Below are positions 1-9,727 of a stretch of DNA of 64,000 nt, piece after piece (position 1 is the first letter of the stretch; each line of letters starts with the position of its first letter). The DNA is taken from positions 5,157-69,156 of the forward strand of contig JBGTNH010000020.1 in assembly GCA_041743165.1 (NCBI GenBank), in the 5' to 3' direction. Source of the DNA: Gillisia sp. (GTDB lineage: Bacteria; Bacteroidota; Bacteroidia; Flavobacteriales; Flavobacteriaceae). Both the position numbers and the translations under genes were made by a program. The notes beneath the pieces are model-generated. The model was not told the origin of the DNA. It ran no database searches and worked only from the letters and a program-made list of their open reading frames with translations.

Positions 1-648
1 TTCAGATTCCCTGGCCGAGTTCAAACTGAAGCCATTGTCATTACCGCTTACTTTTGAGGCAATGATCTTTTCTTTAAAATCATCCGGAGCCCGGTAGGTG
101 ATCTCCGAAATAGTTTCGCTTAGGTAAACTATTCCGCTGCGGGTAGAATCCAGCCCGCCCCCCAGATCTCCTATTTCCTGACCAAGAATTTTTTCAGGGG
201 CATTCTTTATTCTCCACAATCCCCGGGAATAATAATCTGCAGTGTACTGCTCAAGCCGGGAAAGATTCCTTTTTCGGTTATTTATAGCATTCCTGATGAT
301 CTTATTGGCAGGATTTTCATTTGAATTCACTATTACTTCATCAAGGCTTGTAGTGGCGGGTGTAAGTTGAACGTCTAATGGATATGGGAAATTTTGAATG
401 CTCACATCTTTCCTCAGGGTTTCAAAACCCAGATATTGATAAATCAGCGTGTAATTCCCGGTCCCGGAAAGTTTTAAAATGTAATTTCCATCCTCATTTG
501 TGGTGGTTCCTGATTTTCCATCTTCTGTATATATGTTTACATAGGGAAGAGGTTGTCCCTGGAGATCACGAACTATACCGGTGACCTGGGAGAACATAAG
601 GTTGGTAAAAAAAATAAAAAGGATTACAAACTTGAGGTGTTGTTGCAT
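1..648 (-). CDS. DUF5686 / carboxypeptidase-regulatory-like domain outer-membrane protein (5' part; runs off window)
   Basis: Not in ORF track. Manual translation from ATG at 648 gives MQQHLKFVILFIFFTNLMFSQVTGIVRDLQGQPLPYVNIY...YLGF...LDEVIV...ENPANKIIRNAI...YLSETISE: signal peptide, CarboxypepD_reg-like domain, start of DUF5686-type region; open to base 1. Confidence 0.8.
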   Translation of the reverse strand, partial: MQQHLKFVILFIFFTNLMFSQVTGIVRDLQGQPLPYVNIYTEDGKSGTTTNEDGNYILKLSGTGNYTLIYQYLGFETLRKDVSIQNFPYPLDVQLTPATTSLDEVIVNSNENPANKIIRNAINNRKRNLSRLEQYTADYYSRGLWRIKNAPEKILGQEIGDLGGGLDSTRSGIVYLSETISEITYRAPDDFKEKIIASKVSGNDNGFSLNSARESE

Positions 649-682
649 TTACAGAGGTTGAAAATATGAGAACGTAAAAGGA

Positions 683-1141
683 TTAATTATATTCTTTTTT
701 AATTCGGTCAAGCTTGCGTTTACTATCCCTATCCTTTATGGTTTCTCTCTTATCATAAAGCTTTTTTCCCCGGGCAAGGGCGATTTGTAATTTTGCCAGT
801 CCGCGATCGTTTATAAACAAACGCAAAGGCACAATTGTAAGTCCGGAACTTTTAACTTCTTTATGAAGTTTATTGAGTTCCCGGCGCTTCATAAGGAGTT
901 TCCTGGCACTTTTTGGATCGTGGTTAAAATGAGTAGCATGAGAGTATTCTTCCACGGTCATATTAATAACAAATAATTCCTCATTCTGAAATTCACAAAA
1001 ACTTTCAGCAATTGAAGCTTTACCCTGCCTTATAGCCTTTATCTCTGTTCCGGCAAGTTTGATTCCGGCTATGAACTTATCAATGATCTCATATTCAAAT
1101 TTGGCTTTCCGGTTCTTTATGTTGATCGTATTTGCTGTCAT
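683..1141 (-). CDS. smpB: SsrA-binding protein SmpB
   Basis: NRKAKFEY, GIKLAGTEIKAIR, RKLLM, GKKLYDKRETIK motifs; start moved to MTANTINIK (ATG 1141) rather than the track's upstream extension. Confidence 0.97.
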   Translation of the reverse strand: MTANTINIKNRKAKFEYEIIDKFIAGIKLAGTEIKAIRQGKASIAESFCEFQNEELFVINMTVEEYSHATHFNHDPKSARKLLMKRRELNKLHKEVKSSGLTIVPLRLFINDRGLAKLQIALARGKKLYDKRETIKDRDSKRKLDRIKKEYN

Positions 1142-1356
1142 TTTGTTTTTTTGAAGAATAACATTCAGAAAATAGAATGCAAAGCCTGATTTTTGATGTC
1201 GTTTAATTACCAATTCACAAAAATAGGAAGGATTACCCAGATAAAGGTACAATGAAAATGTAATTTTGAAATATGACAATAAGGGTGGGAATATATTCCC
1301 TACAAACAGAAAGCAGTTATTTTAACATTCTTTATCTTTACAACTTTGAAAAAATT

Positions 1357-2100
1357 ATGAGGACCATTTTTTTATTGTTGATCGTTGTTTTAATATCATC
1401 CTGTAAAAAGGAGAACACAGAAATCAGTGCACAGGAAATAATTGATAAAACTATTGAAACGGCAGGGGGAGAAAAATATAAAAGAGCAACCATTACATTC
1501 AGGTTCCGGGAACATTTATATAAGAGCAGGCGAAGAGGTGGGGAATTTCAACTGGAAAGAATTAAAGCAGATTCCCTGGGCACTACCAGGGATGTATTGA
1601 ATAATACCGGTTTTCGCAGATATGTTAATGACAGCCTGGTCACAGTACCCGATTCTATGGCGGTAAGATATACCCACAGTGTAAATTCGGTACATTATTT
1701 CGCACACCTTCCTTATGCCTTAAATAACCGTGCTGTAAATAAAGAAAAAGCAGGGGAAATTATAATTCTAAGCGAACCCTATTATAAAATAAAGGTTACC
1801 TTCCAGCAGGAGGGCGGTGGAGCAGATCATCATGACGAATTTATGTACTGGATACACAAAGAAAATTATACAATAGATTATCTGGCATATAAATTTCAGG
1901 TAAATGAAGGCGGTATAAGATTTAGGGTAGCATATAACCCCCGGTATGTTGGAGGAATAAGGTTTGTAGATTATGAAAATTATACCACTGAAGATTACAC
2001 CACAGATCTCAGTGACCTGGTTGATCTATATTTAAAGGGAAAATTGGAAAAACTTTCAACTATTGAAACCGAGGTGATTGAAGTGGACGTGAGAAATTAA
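1357..2100 (+). CDS. DUF6503-like lipoprotein, hypothetical
   Basis: Start MRTIFLLL (ATG 1357), lipobox ISSC; resembles the Flavobacterial family commonly found beside smpB (recognition, not searched). Confidence 0.65.
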   Translation: MRTIFLLLIVVLISSCKKENTEISAQEIIDKTIETAGGEKYKRATITFRFREHLYKSRRRGGEFQLERIKADSLGTTRDVLNNTGFRRYVNDSLVTVPDSMAVRYTHSVNSVHYFAHLPYALNNRAVNKEKAGEIIILSEPYYKIKVTFQQEGGGADHHDEFMYWIHKENYTIDYLAYKFQVNEGGIRFRVAYNPRYVGGIRFVDYENYTTEDYTTDLSDLVDLYLKGKLEKLSTIETEVIEVDVRN

Positions 2101-2271
2101 TTTTTTCTTTTACAATAATACTTATATCTCCATTACGCTCAAGTCGTGGCCCCTTGACTTTCTTTACATCTTCAATCCGGGCATTTAACCTTAAATTCTG
2201 CATAAGATCCTGCCGGCTCAGGATCTTTTGCGCATTGCTTCCCAGAGGATTTTACCATCTTTTAAGTATGA
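2101..2271 (-). pseudogene. DUF421/YetF C-terminal remnant, frameshifted
   Basis: Minus strand reads LKDGKILWEAMRK, then after a frameshift ILSRQDLMQNLRLNARIEDVKKVKGPRLERNGDISII; ERNGDIS is the YetF C-terminal motif; no start or TM region. Confidence 0.65.
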
Positions 2272-2279
2272 CCCTTTGT

Positions 2280-2310
2280 AGATGTACCCCGGAAGGGCCG
2301 GGGTGCATCT
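2280..2310 (-). terminator. Hairpin directly after the alpha/beta-hydrolase stop
   Basis: AGATGTACCCCGG-AAGGG-CCGGGGTGCATCT, 13-bp stem; no long U-tract. Confidence 0.6.
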
Positions 2311-3216
2311 TTAAAAATTGTTGTTTTTGAAGACAAGAATAGCCTTTTCCAGGTCATCTTTATTTTCCATAAATGGCATATGACCTACTTTACTTTCCCA
2401 CATTAAACCTTTTTGAAAGTTTATCCCTTTATAATGATCAGGCCCCACCATCCAGTCTTCGCTGCCATAAAAGAATAACACCGGAACTTCTACATTACCA
2501 GTTTTAACCTTATAATCTTCCCAATAATCTAAAATTGTAAATCCAAGGTTGCTGAAACTACCGTTCCAGTTAGTAATATCTGCATAAGTATCGTCAATAA
2601 GCCTTTCATTTTGTTGATCTTTATAGCCCATTTTCCAAAATGCATTTTGCTCCCTGAGATTATTTATATGAGCCCCTAACATTTCCCTCACCTTTGCAGG
2701 ATCCCCGGAGCAGGGTTTGTTAGCCTTCCCAGTAAACTCGGCAGCTTTGGGACCCCAGCTTTCACAAAAACTTTCCATTATATTAAGAGTACAATTGATC
2801 ATGATCATGCCTTTAATTGAATTGGGAAATCTTTTGTAATACCCCATTTGCAGGATACCTCCAAAAGAGTGTCCAAGGGTTATCCATGATTCATATCCAA
2901 GTTCCTCTCTTAATTCTTCAAAATCCAGCCCCATGCGATCCATGGAATAATCATTGTCGTGATTGCCGGAGGAGCGGCCCACCCCTCTTTGATCCAGATA
3001 GATCATGGTATAATGCTGCTCCAGGAATTCCCCGAAGAATTTTTCAAACCAATAACTGCCAGATCCGGGACCTCCATGAAGGTATAGAACGGGGCTACCG
3101 GAACCTTTAATATTTACAAATAATTGCACCCCGTCTGAGGTTATAATCATTTTTTCTTCAGCCTGCAACCGCAAACCAAAACAGAACATAATTGTTATAA
3201 GAATAAATGTTTTCAT
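2311..3216 (-). CDS. Secreted alpha/beta hydrolase (proline iminopeptidase-like)
   Basis: LHGGPG, DQRGVGRS, GHSFGG nucleophile elbow, GHMPF; signal-peptide start MKTFILIT (ATG 3216). Confidence 0.85.
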   Translation of the reverse strand: MKTFILITIMFCFGLRLQAEEKMIITSDGVQLFVNIKGSGSPVLYLHGGPGSGSYWFEKFFGEFLEQHYTMIYLDQRGVGRSSGNHDNDYSMDRMGLDFEELREELGYESWITLGHSFGGILQMGYYKRFPNSIKGMIMINCTLNIMESFCESWGPKAAEFTGKANKPCSGDPAKVREMLGAHINNLREQNAFWKMGYKDQQNERLIDDTYADITNWNGSFSNLGFTILDYWEDYKVKTGNVEVPVLFFYGSEDWMVGPDHYKGINFQKGLMWESKVGHMPFMENKDDLEKAILVFKNNNF

Positions 3217-3295
3217 CACTTTATGTATTTTTATTATAGAAGAAAAAGAAACCAAAATGTTACAGGTGATTGTAATTTTTTTGGTGCGCATAATG

Positions 3296-3805
3296 TTAAT
3301 TTTGGATTTGACAGCTGCTGAGTCCACAGCTTGAAACGGGTTTTTCCTTTATAATTTCTACTTCAGAATTCTTGCTGTCGCTTCCTGACCATTGTTCCAT
3401 AACTTCAGGTGAAGGCCGGGAATTTATTCCTTCGCCATACACGGTAGCGGTACCATGGGTGTAAAAGGCTTCCCAGTCTACTCCCTGGGGGTCTGTGATC
3501 CAGCTTTTTTGAGATTTGGAATAGCAGCAGGTACATTCGCCCTCCACCCTTATACTGCCTTTGGCCTGTTCCATATTTTGATATACTTCCCGGAGTTCGG
3601 TTTCAGATTCTACCTGCAGACCCAGGTGTTCTATTCCGTTTTCAGCATGACCGGTGGAGATAGCATAATTTATGCGGGGATCTTCAAGCATCCATTTTGC
3701 ATAATCTGGTTTTAAAACGGTTGGCGGCTGGTTAAACAGGGCATTATAAAATGCAAGGCTTTCATTTAGATCCTTAACCCTTACATGTACGTGAAATCTT
3801 TTCAT
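3296..3805 (-). CDS. ArsI/CadI-family VOC metalloenzyme
   Basis: MKRFHVH...DYAKWMLEDPRIN...GIEHLGLQV...TCCYSKSQKSWITDPQGVDWE: family signature with vicinal Cys pair. Confidence 0.88.
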   Translation of the reverse strand: MKRFHVHVRVKDLNESLAFYNALFNQPPTVLKPDYAKWMLEDPRINYAISTGHAENGIEHLGLQVESETELREVYQNMEQAKGSIRVEGECTCCYSKSQKSWITDPQGVDWEAFYTHGTATVYGEGINSRPSPEVMEQWSGSDSKNSEVEIIKEKPVSSCGLSSCQIQN

Positions 3806-3836
3806 TTTGAATATGTTTTTAAGTTTACATATTCAG

Positions 3837-3862
3837 GACGTATGGGGTTCAAAAAAGATGCA
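3837..3862 (-). promoter_or_regulatory. ECF-sigma-type promoter upstream of the arsI-like gene
   Basis: Minus strand TGCATC-TTTTTTGAACCCCATA(16 nt)-CGTC in the 64-bp gap after the ECF gene. Confidence 0.6.
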
Positions 3863-3869
3863 TAATTTT

Positions 3870-4454
3870 TTAAAAAATTTCTTTTTTAATTTTTTGAAGG
3901 GGGGCACAACTTTCTTTTATTTCAAAAGAGAGAAGATTTCCCGTAGAGTCTTTTTCAAAATGACAACATGTAATAAATTCTTCCATAAGAAGCTGTCTGC
4001 CTCTCTGTATACGTGATTTGGTTGCCGGGAGGCTTAGCCCCAGCCGATTTGCAATATCTGCCTGTTTCATTCCTTCTAAATCAGATAATTTCAAAGGGAG
4101 TGAATAAGTCTCGGGAAGAAATTCCAGCATGGGAGTTATGTATTTCACGGCATCATTAAAGGCCAGATTTTCATCTTCTACCGCTTGTTCAGGAACATCC
4201 CTTACAGTGAATTTTGCCTGTTTTCTAAAATGATCAGTTATTGTGTTTTGAGCGATCTGAAACAGCCAGCTGCGCACATTCCTTACGCCGGATTTTGCCT
4301 GGCAGAAATTATAAACCTTGAGCAATACCTCCTGGGAAATATCATTGGCAATATCCTTGTCTTTTACTCTTTTATAAATAAAATTCTTTAGTCCTTTTTG
4401 ATGTTCCAGCCAAAGCCCGGGTACATCACAATTAACATGAGTTTTAAGTTCCAT
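3870..4454 (-). CDS. ECF RNA polymerase sigma factor (SigZ-like) with Cys-rich C-terminus
   Basis: Region 2 (DISQEVLLKV, SWLFQIAQNTITDHFRK), region 4 (GMKQADIANRLGLSLPATKSRIQRGR), tail ITCCHFE...ESC. Confidence 0.88.
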   Translation of the reverse strand: MELKTHVNCDVPGLWLEHQKGLKNFIYKRVKDKDIANDISQEVLLKVYNFCQAKSGVRNVRSWLFQIAQNTITDHFRKQAKFTVRDVPEQAVEDENLAFNDAVKYITPMLEFLPETYSLPLKLSDLEGMKQADIANRLGLSLPATKSRIQRGRQLLMEEFITCCHFEKDSTGNLLSFEIKESCAPLQKIKKEIF

Positions 4455-4547
4455 AATTTTTGATTCAGATAATCATCGGCTATTTCGAAATTACAAATTT
4501 TCAAGATCTGTCATGCAGCAAACAAAAATATATTGGGAGAATATTAC

Positions 4548-5033
4548 TCAGGTAAGTTCAAGTAATTTTTCAAGATCCAGGGGCCGGGTATACATGCCCA
4601 GTGAACCATCTGGTTTTTTAGGCCATTCCTTTTGTGGTCTGTCCCAGTACAATTCTACCCCATTCCCATCTGGATCATTGAGGTAAATGGCTTCAGAGAC
4701 ACCATGGTCGGCTGCGCCGGTTAAGGGATATGTTTCAGCAAGAATTCGTTTTAATATCCTGGCCAGATCTTTTTTTTCGGGATAAAGTATTGCAGTATGA
4801 AACAGGCCCGGCAAATTTGCAGGCGCTGGGGAAGAGCCTTTACTATTCCAGGTATTAAGGCCAATATGGTGATGATAACCGCCTGCAGAGAGAAAAGCTG
4901 CCTGGTCACCATAAAACTGTGTCACCTCAAAACCCAGTAAGTCCCGGTAAAATTTCAGCGCACGCTCAAGGTCTGAAACTTTGAGATGTATATGTCCAAT
5001 GCGGGTTTGAGCCGGGATCTGATATTTTTCCAT
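4548..5033 (-). CDS. VOC family protein (CatE-like N-terminal domain)
   Basis: IGHIHLKV, GGYHHHIGLNTW, GLFHTAIL, DHGVSEAIYLNDPDGNGVELYWDRP. Confidence 0.85.
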   Translation of the reverse strand: MEKYQIPAQTRIGHIHLKVSDLERALKFYRDLLGFEVTQFYGDQAAFLSAGGYHHHIGLNTWNSKGSSPAPANLPGLFHTAILYPEKKDLARILKRILAETYPLTGAADHGVSEAIYLNDPDGNGVELYWDRPQKEWPKKPDGSLGMYTRPLDLEKLLELT

Positions 5034-5071
5034 TGAATTGAATAATTATAATTCATCCAGGTCCATGACCC

Positions 5072-5689
5072 TTAATTAAAGATCAGGGAATTTGCCTGGT
5101 CAATTTCGTCCCTGGAAACGCTATGAGTTTTATTCTTATAGACTTCGACCCTCACCGCAGCATTGAGACTGTTCATAATTGCAGCAGTTTGGTTCACCCG
5201 TTCTAAAGGTACATGATCATCGGGATCTCCTGTTCCTATAAACACCCGTGTTCCTTCCAAATCCCCCGCATAATCATTTTCATCTATTATTTTCCCCGGT
5301 AAACCTCCCGTAAAAGCTGCTACACCTCCATATCTACGTGGGTTTTTTGTGACATATTCCAGAACCAGGCACGCCCCCTGGGAGAATCCAAGAAAATAAA
5401 TATTTTCATATTCTATTCCCTGTTTTCTTATATCCTGAACAGTTTCTTCTATCAAGGCCAAAGCCGAGGACAGCCAGGGCTCATTTTGTTCTTTGGGAAG
5501 CAGGAAGGAACCCGGATACCACGTGTTATTTGTGGCCTGGGGTGCAAATATTGCATACTCCCCGACATTCAATTGTGATGCCAGCACTAAAATATCATTT
5601 GCACCTGCACCCCGTCCATGAACCATGATAAGTGCCTTTCTTGCCTCGGTTGCAGGTTTTCCTGTGGTGATTATATTTTTTATATGCAT
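5072..5689 (-). CDS. Phospholipase/carboxylesterase (MhqD-like)
   Basis: HGRG, GFSQGA, DDHVP, H near C-terminus; next to ring-cleaving dioxygenase. Confidence 0.85.
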   Translation of the reverse strand: MHIKNIITTGKPATEARKALIMVHGRGAGANDILVLASQLNVGEYAIFAPQATNNTWYPGSFLLPKEQNEPWLSSALALIEETVQDIRKQGIEYENIYFLGFSQGACLVLEYVTKNPRRYGGVAAFTGGLPGKIIDENDYAGDLEGTRVFIGTGDPDDHVPLERVNQTAAIMNSLNAAVRVEVYKNKTHSVSRDEIDQANSLIFN

Positions 5690-5752
5690 ATCCTGATTTT
5701 TAAATTATATTGATTTTTTACAAATTCTTTAAAATAGAGAGGAAGATCATTT

Positions 5753-6691
5753 TTAAATTTTCAACTCCGGCAAAGAATTTTCAATTTGTGCACGTTGTCC
5801 CTTATATCTATCGGGTAACTGCAATCTGCTACCCAGCTCGTCTACACTCTCATCTGTTGCAAAACCCGGATTATCTGTTGCAATTTCAAAAAGGACCCCA
5901 CCCGGTTCCCTAAAATACAGGGAGAAAAAATAGTCCCTGTTGATCTTCTCTGTGATCTGAAGTCCGCTTTTAAGGACTTTCTCTCTAAAAAACATCAGGG
6001 TTTCTTCATCTTTAACCCTGAATGCCACATGGTGGTTTGTTCCTCCTGCATTTACTCCCCGTTCACCGTCAGGTTTTTCCAAAAGATCAACTATTGCTGC
6101 GGTAGAAACTGCATCTGTCTTAAAACGATAGAGATTGCCCTCCTGACCGGTAAATTTGTATCCGAATATATCCGTGAGGATCGCGGCAGTTGGCTGGATA
6201 TTCCAAAGGCTCAGGGTCACATTATGGAATCCTTTTATAGCAGAATTTTGATCTACCTCACTGGTTTCAAATCCCTCCCGGTCATCCTGGGAATCTGAAA
6301 CTATCAATTCCAGGTTAAGGCCGTCGGGATCGCGGAAGGGTATAAAATCTTCACCAAATTTTCTGTTGATATTTCCATAGTCAACACCAAATTTTTCAAA
6401 CCTTTCCCTCCAGAATTCCAAACTCCCGGGCGGAACAGAATAACCTACTTCAGTTGCCATTCCCACCCCGGCCTTACCCTGTTTTACGCGTGGCCAGGGA
6501 AAAAAAGTGAGTATTGTTCCCGGGCTTCCCACCCGGTCTCCAAAATAGAAATGATAAGTATTGGGATCATCAAAATTCACAGTTCTCTTCACCATTCTCA
6601 ATCCCAGGACCGCGGTGTAAAAATCATAATTGCGCTGGGCATCGCCGGCGATTGCCGTTATATGGTGAAGGCCGAGTATCTGGTTATTCAT
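5753..6691 (-). CDS. Ring-cleaving dioxygenase (MhqA/MhqO-like)
   Basis: GLHHITAI, KRTVNFDDPNTYHFYFG, HHVAFR, DRDYFFSLYFREPGGVLFEIATDNPGF. Confidence 0.92.
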   Translation of the reverse strand: MNNQILGLHHITAIAGDAQRNYDFYTAVLGLRMVKRTVNFDDPNTYHFYFGDRVGSPGTILTFFPWPRVKQGKAGVGMATEVGYSVPPGSLEFWRERFEKFGVDYGNINRKFGEDFIPFRDPDGLNLELIVSDSQDDREGFETSEVDQNSAIKGFHNVTLSLWNIQPTAAILTDIFGYKFTGQEGNLYRFKTDAVSTAAIVDLLEKPDGERGVNAGGTNHHVAFRVKDEETLMFFREKVLKSGLQITEKINRDYFFSLYFREPGGVLFEIATDNPGFATDESVDELGSRLQLPDRYKGQRAQIENSLPELKI

Positions 6692-6860
6692 GAAATTCCT
6701 GTATATAATTGAGTTTTTTAAAAGTATATAAGTTAAGAAAATTAATTTGAAACAGATGTTTTGAAACAGAGAGAATGAAGCTAATAATACCCTTTACAAC
6801 CCAAGGAAAAATGTGACGGTTTTTTAGTTACATTAGTAATTAATTAACAAAACCAATTAT

Positions 6861-8777
6861 ATGAAGAACCAAATTTTATTATTGGCAGTTTTGTTCTCGT
6901 TTTTTTCCTGTAAAAAAGAAGAAAAAAAAGAAGAGAATAAAGAGATCGCAACTTATAGCATTGAGCAGTTCATGGACAATGAATCTGTGTTTGGAGGCAG
7001 CTTTTCCCCGGATAACACCAAACTTCTTGTTACAAGCAATCGTTCAGGAATTTTCAATATGTATACAGTGCCAACTTCGGGAGGAGAATTCACGCCGCTA
7101 TCCACATCAGACAGTTCATCAGTTTACGCTATTTCATACTTTCCTGATGATGAAAGAATTCTCTTTAGAATGGACGATAACGGCGATGAGATTTTCAAGA
7201 TTTTTGTCATGGATGGCGATAATGTTACCCGCCTAACCCCCGAAAAAAATGCCCGGGCTATTTTTTACGGATGGGCAAAGGATGGGAAAAGCTTTTATTA
7301 TGGCAGCAATGAAAAAGATGCTCGGTTTATGGATGTATATCAGATGAATACTGCCGATTTTTCCCCTGAACTCATTTACAATAATTCTGAAGGATATAAT
7401 TTCGGTGGAATATCTCCGGACGGAAATTATATGGCAGTTTCTAAATCTATCAATACCAATGATTCAGACCTGTTTATATATAATTTAAAGGATAGGTCAT
7501 TAACTAAGATCAATGACTCCCAAAGCGGAAATTCTTCTCAGGATTTCTCAAAAGACAATAAATATCTCTACTATACTACAGATGAAGGAGAAGAATTTGC
7601 ACGGCTTATGAGATTTAATTTAGAAGATAAATCTTCAGAAGAAGTAATGAAAAAGGATTGGGATATCATGGGAATGGGCTTTAGTGAAAATGGCACTTAC
7701 CGGGTAACTTATATCAACGAAGATGCAGCCAATTCAGTAGAACTTATAAATACTTCAACAGGAAATGAAGTTGATCTTCCTGAATTTGAAAACGCTTTTA
7801 TCACAGGAATCAGTATTTCAAGAGATGAAAAAATGGCGATTCTGAATGTGGGGGGATCTCATACTCCTACCAATTTATATTCATATAATTTCGACACAAA
7901 AGAACAAAAGAAACTTACCCAGGTTTTAAATAATGATATTGATCCTGAAGATCTTGTTGCTGCTGAGGTTATAAGATATGAATCTTTTGATGGCACCGTG
8001 ATACCTGCTATTTATTATAAACCACATAATGCTTCGGCAGACAATAAAGTACCCGCGCTGGTATGGGTTCACGGCGGGCCAGGGGGGCAGTCCCGGCAGA
8101 ATTTTAATTCGGTAATCCAATATTTGGTGAATAATGGTTATGCTGTGCTGGCTGTTAATAACAGAGGTAGTAGCGGTTATGGTAAAACATTCTACCAAAT
8201 GGATGATCAAAACCATGGGGAGAAAGACCTGCAGGATTGTGTAGAAGGTAAAAACTGGCTTGCAGAACAACCCGAGATAGATCCCGAAAAAATCGGCATA
8301 ATCGGAGGTTCCTATGGCGGATTTATGACAATGGCTGCTCTTGCTTTTGCTCCGGAAGAATTTGATGTTGGAGTGAATATTTTTGGGGTAACAAACTGGA
8401 TAAGAACTCTCCAAAGCATCCCGCCCTGGTGGGAAGCTCAAAAAGAAGCTCTTTACCTGGAAATGGGAGATCCTAATACCCAAGACAGTATTCGTTTAAG
8501 GAAAATATCCCCTTTATTTCACACTGAAAATGTTACCAAACCTTTACTGGTATTACAAGGCGCACAGGATCCCAGGGTGTTACAGATAGAATCTGATGAG
8601 ATTGTTGAAAATGTAAGGAAAAACGGAGTCCCGGTGGAGTATGTATTATTTGAAGATGAAGGACATGGATTTGTAAAAAAGGAAAACCAGATCGAGGCAT
8701 ATGAAAAAACCCTTCAGTTCCTGGATACTTATTTAAAAGGAAAGCCTGAAGGCGAAGTGAAAAAAATTAAGACTTAA
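6861..8777 (+). CDS. S9 family peptidase lipoprotein (beta-propeller + catalytic domain)
   Basis: Lipobox FFSC; VHGGPGG, GGSYGG, DPRV, EGHGF. Confidence 0.92.
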   Translation: MKNQILLLAVLFSFFSCKKEEKKEENKEIATYSIEQFMDNESVFGGSFSPDNTKLLVTSNRSGIFNMYTVPTSGGEFTPLSTSDSSSVYAISYFPDDERILFRMDDNGDEIFKIFVMDGDNVTRLTPEKNARAIFYGWAKDGKSFYYGSNEKDARFMDVYQMNTADFSPELIYNNSEGYNFGGISPDGNYMAVSKSINTNDSDLFIYNLKDRSLTKINDSQSGNSSQDFSKDNKYLYYTTDEGEEFARLMRFNLEDKSSEEVMKKDWDIMGMGFSENGTYRVTYINEDAANSVELINTSTGNEVDLPEFENAFITGISISRDEKMAILNVGGSHTPTNLYSYNFDTKEQKKLTQVLNNDIDPEDLVAAEVIRYESFDGTVIPAIYYKPHNASADNKVPALVWVHGGPGGQSRQNFNSVIQYLVNNGYAVLAVNNRGSSGYGKTFYQMDDQNHGEKDLQDCVEGKNWLAEQPEIDPEKIGIIGGSYGGFMTMAALAFAPEEFDVGVNIFGVTNWIRTLQSIPPWWEAQKEALYLEMGDPNTQDSIRLRKISPLFHTENVTKPLLVLQGAQDPRVLQIESDEIVENVRKNGVPVEYVLFEDEGHGFVKKENQIEAYEKTLQFLDTYLKGKPEGEVKKIKT

Positions 8778-8796
8778 AAGAAGTCATTTAACTGAA

Positions 8797-8860
8797 GCTT
8801 TCTGTACAGGATACCGGGTTAAAAATTGTCTGGTCTTAGTTCTGGTACAGAAGGCTTTTT
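8797..8860. terminator. Long bidirectional hairpin between convergent genes
   Basis: AGCTTTCTGTAC...GTACAGAAGGCT followed by T-run. Confidence 0.55.
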
Positions 8861-9699
8861 TAATTAGTTTTTTCCATTTTTTGATCATTATTTTCGGTAT
8901 CATAGGTAGCGCCAAGGGAGAACATAAATAATCCGTAACAAATGGTACCTATAGCCACTAAAATAAAAGGAAGATGACCAATATTCTCTCCTATAAAGTT
9001 AAATGCTTTATCTGTATTTACCACAAATTGGGGATTCTCAACTATCCCGGCTTTAATGAAAAAGAACCCAATGATCCCTATAATTATTCCCCGGGCTGTA
9101 TACCCAACCCAGGCGAAAAAATGAATTAGTTTCTTGATCTCTTTACTAAACTGCTTAATATTCAGCCTTTCCCTGTACCCTCTTGTAACTCCATAATAGA
9201 ACTGGATAATTGCTGTGATCGCAATGATTGATCCCAGGGTAATAATGGCAATATCACCCCAGCTTTCTCTTAACATGGAACCCACCATTTCCCGTTGTTC
9301 CTCGGGTCGCCCGTCTTCCTGGATTTCACTAATTCCAAGGATCACCATTATTGCAGAATAAGCAATAAATATATCTGCGATAGAGCTCAGGCCAATTCCT
9401 GTTCTTCGGAAAATTCCTTTCCAGCTGTTGCCGTAATTGTACGGATCCCTGAATGCCTCAAAGATGCGCCATGCAATGTAACTCAATGTTCCTAAAAGGA
9501 TAACCCAAACAAATATCTTTCCTGCCAGGTAATCGTACATGAATGCCAGAAGACTACCTTCATCTGCTCCTCCATCTTTTATTTTTAAAAAAGATAAGAT
9601 CGCTATCACTCCTATCGCAGTATAGATCAACCCGGTTGAAATACACCCATAAATAGGCAGATAATGGATAAAAAATCTCTTCTCTTTACTGTCTTTCAC
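8860..9699 (-). CDS. DUF1206-family membrane protein
   Basis: Repeated TM units, GVVYTAIG/ARGIIIG...A pattern, about 6 TM. Confidence 0.75.
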   Translation of the reverse strand: MKDSKEKRFFIHYLPIYGCISTGLIYTAIGVIAILSFLKIKDGGADEGSLLAFMYDYLAGKIFVWVILLGTLSYIAWRIFEAFRDPYNYGNSWKGIFRRTGIGLSSIADIFIAYSAIMVILGISEIQEDGRPEEQREMVGSMLRESWGDIAIITLGSIIAITAIIQFYYGVTRGYRERLNIKQFSKEIKKLIHFFAWVGYTARGIIIGIIGFFFIKAGIVENPQFVVNTDKAFNFIGENIGHLPFILVAIGTICYGLFMFSLGATYDTENNDQKMEKTN

Positions 9700-9727
9700 A
9701 ATAAAAGCATTTTATATAGGCGATTTC

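Noticed and set aside
1287-1300. Palindrome GGGAATATATTCCC with the same 14-bp geometry as the cassette operator
   Set aside because: Half-sites differ (GGGAA vs GGGGA), the flanking CAA/-33 context is absent, and it is a single instance. Retest only with an RR binding matrix.
683-1356. tmRNA (ssrA) beside smpB
   Set aside because: No tRNA-like ends or tag frame recognisable in the flanking spacers.
6746-6770. Direct repeat TTTGAAACAGA x2 between the dioxygenase and S9 peptidase genes
   Set aside because: Single occurrence, no candidate regulator, low complexity.
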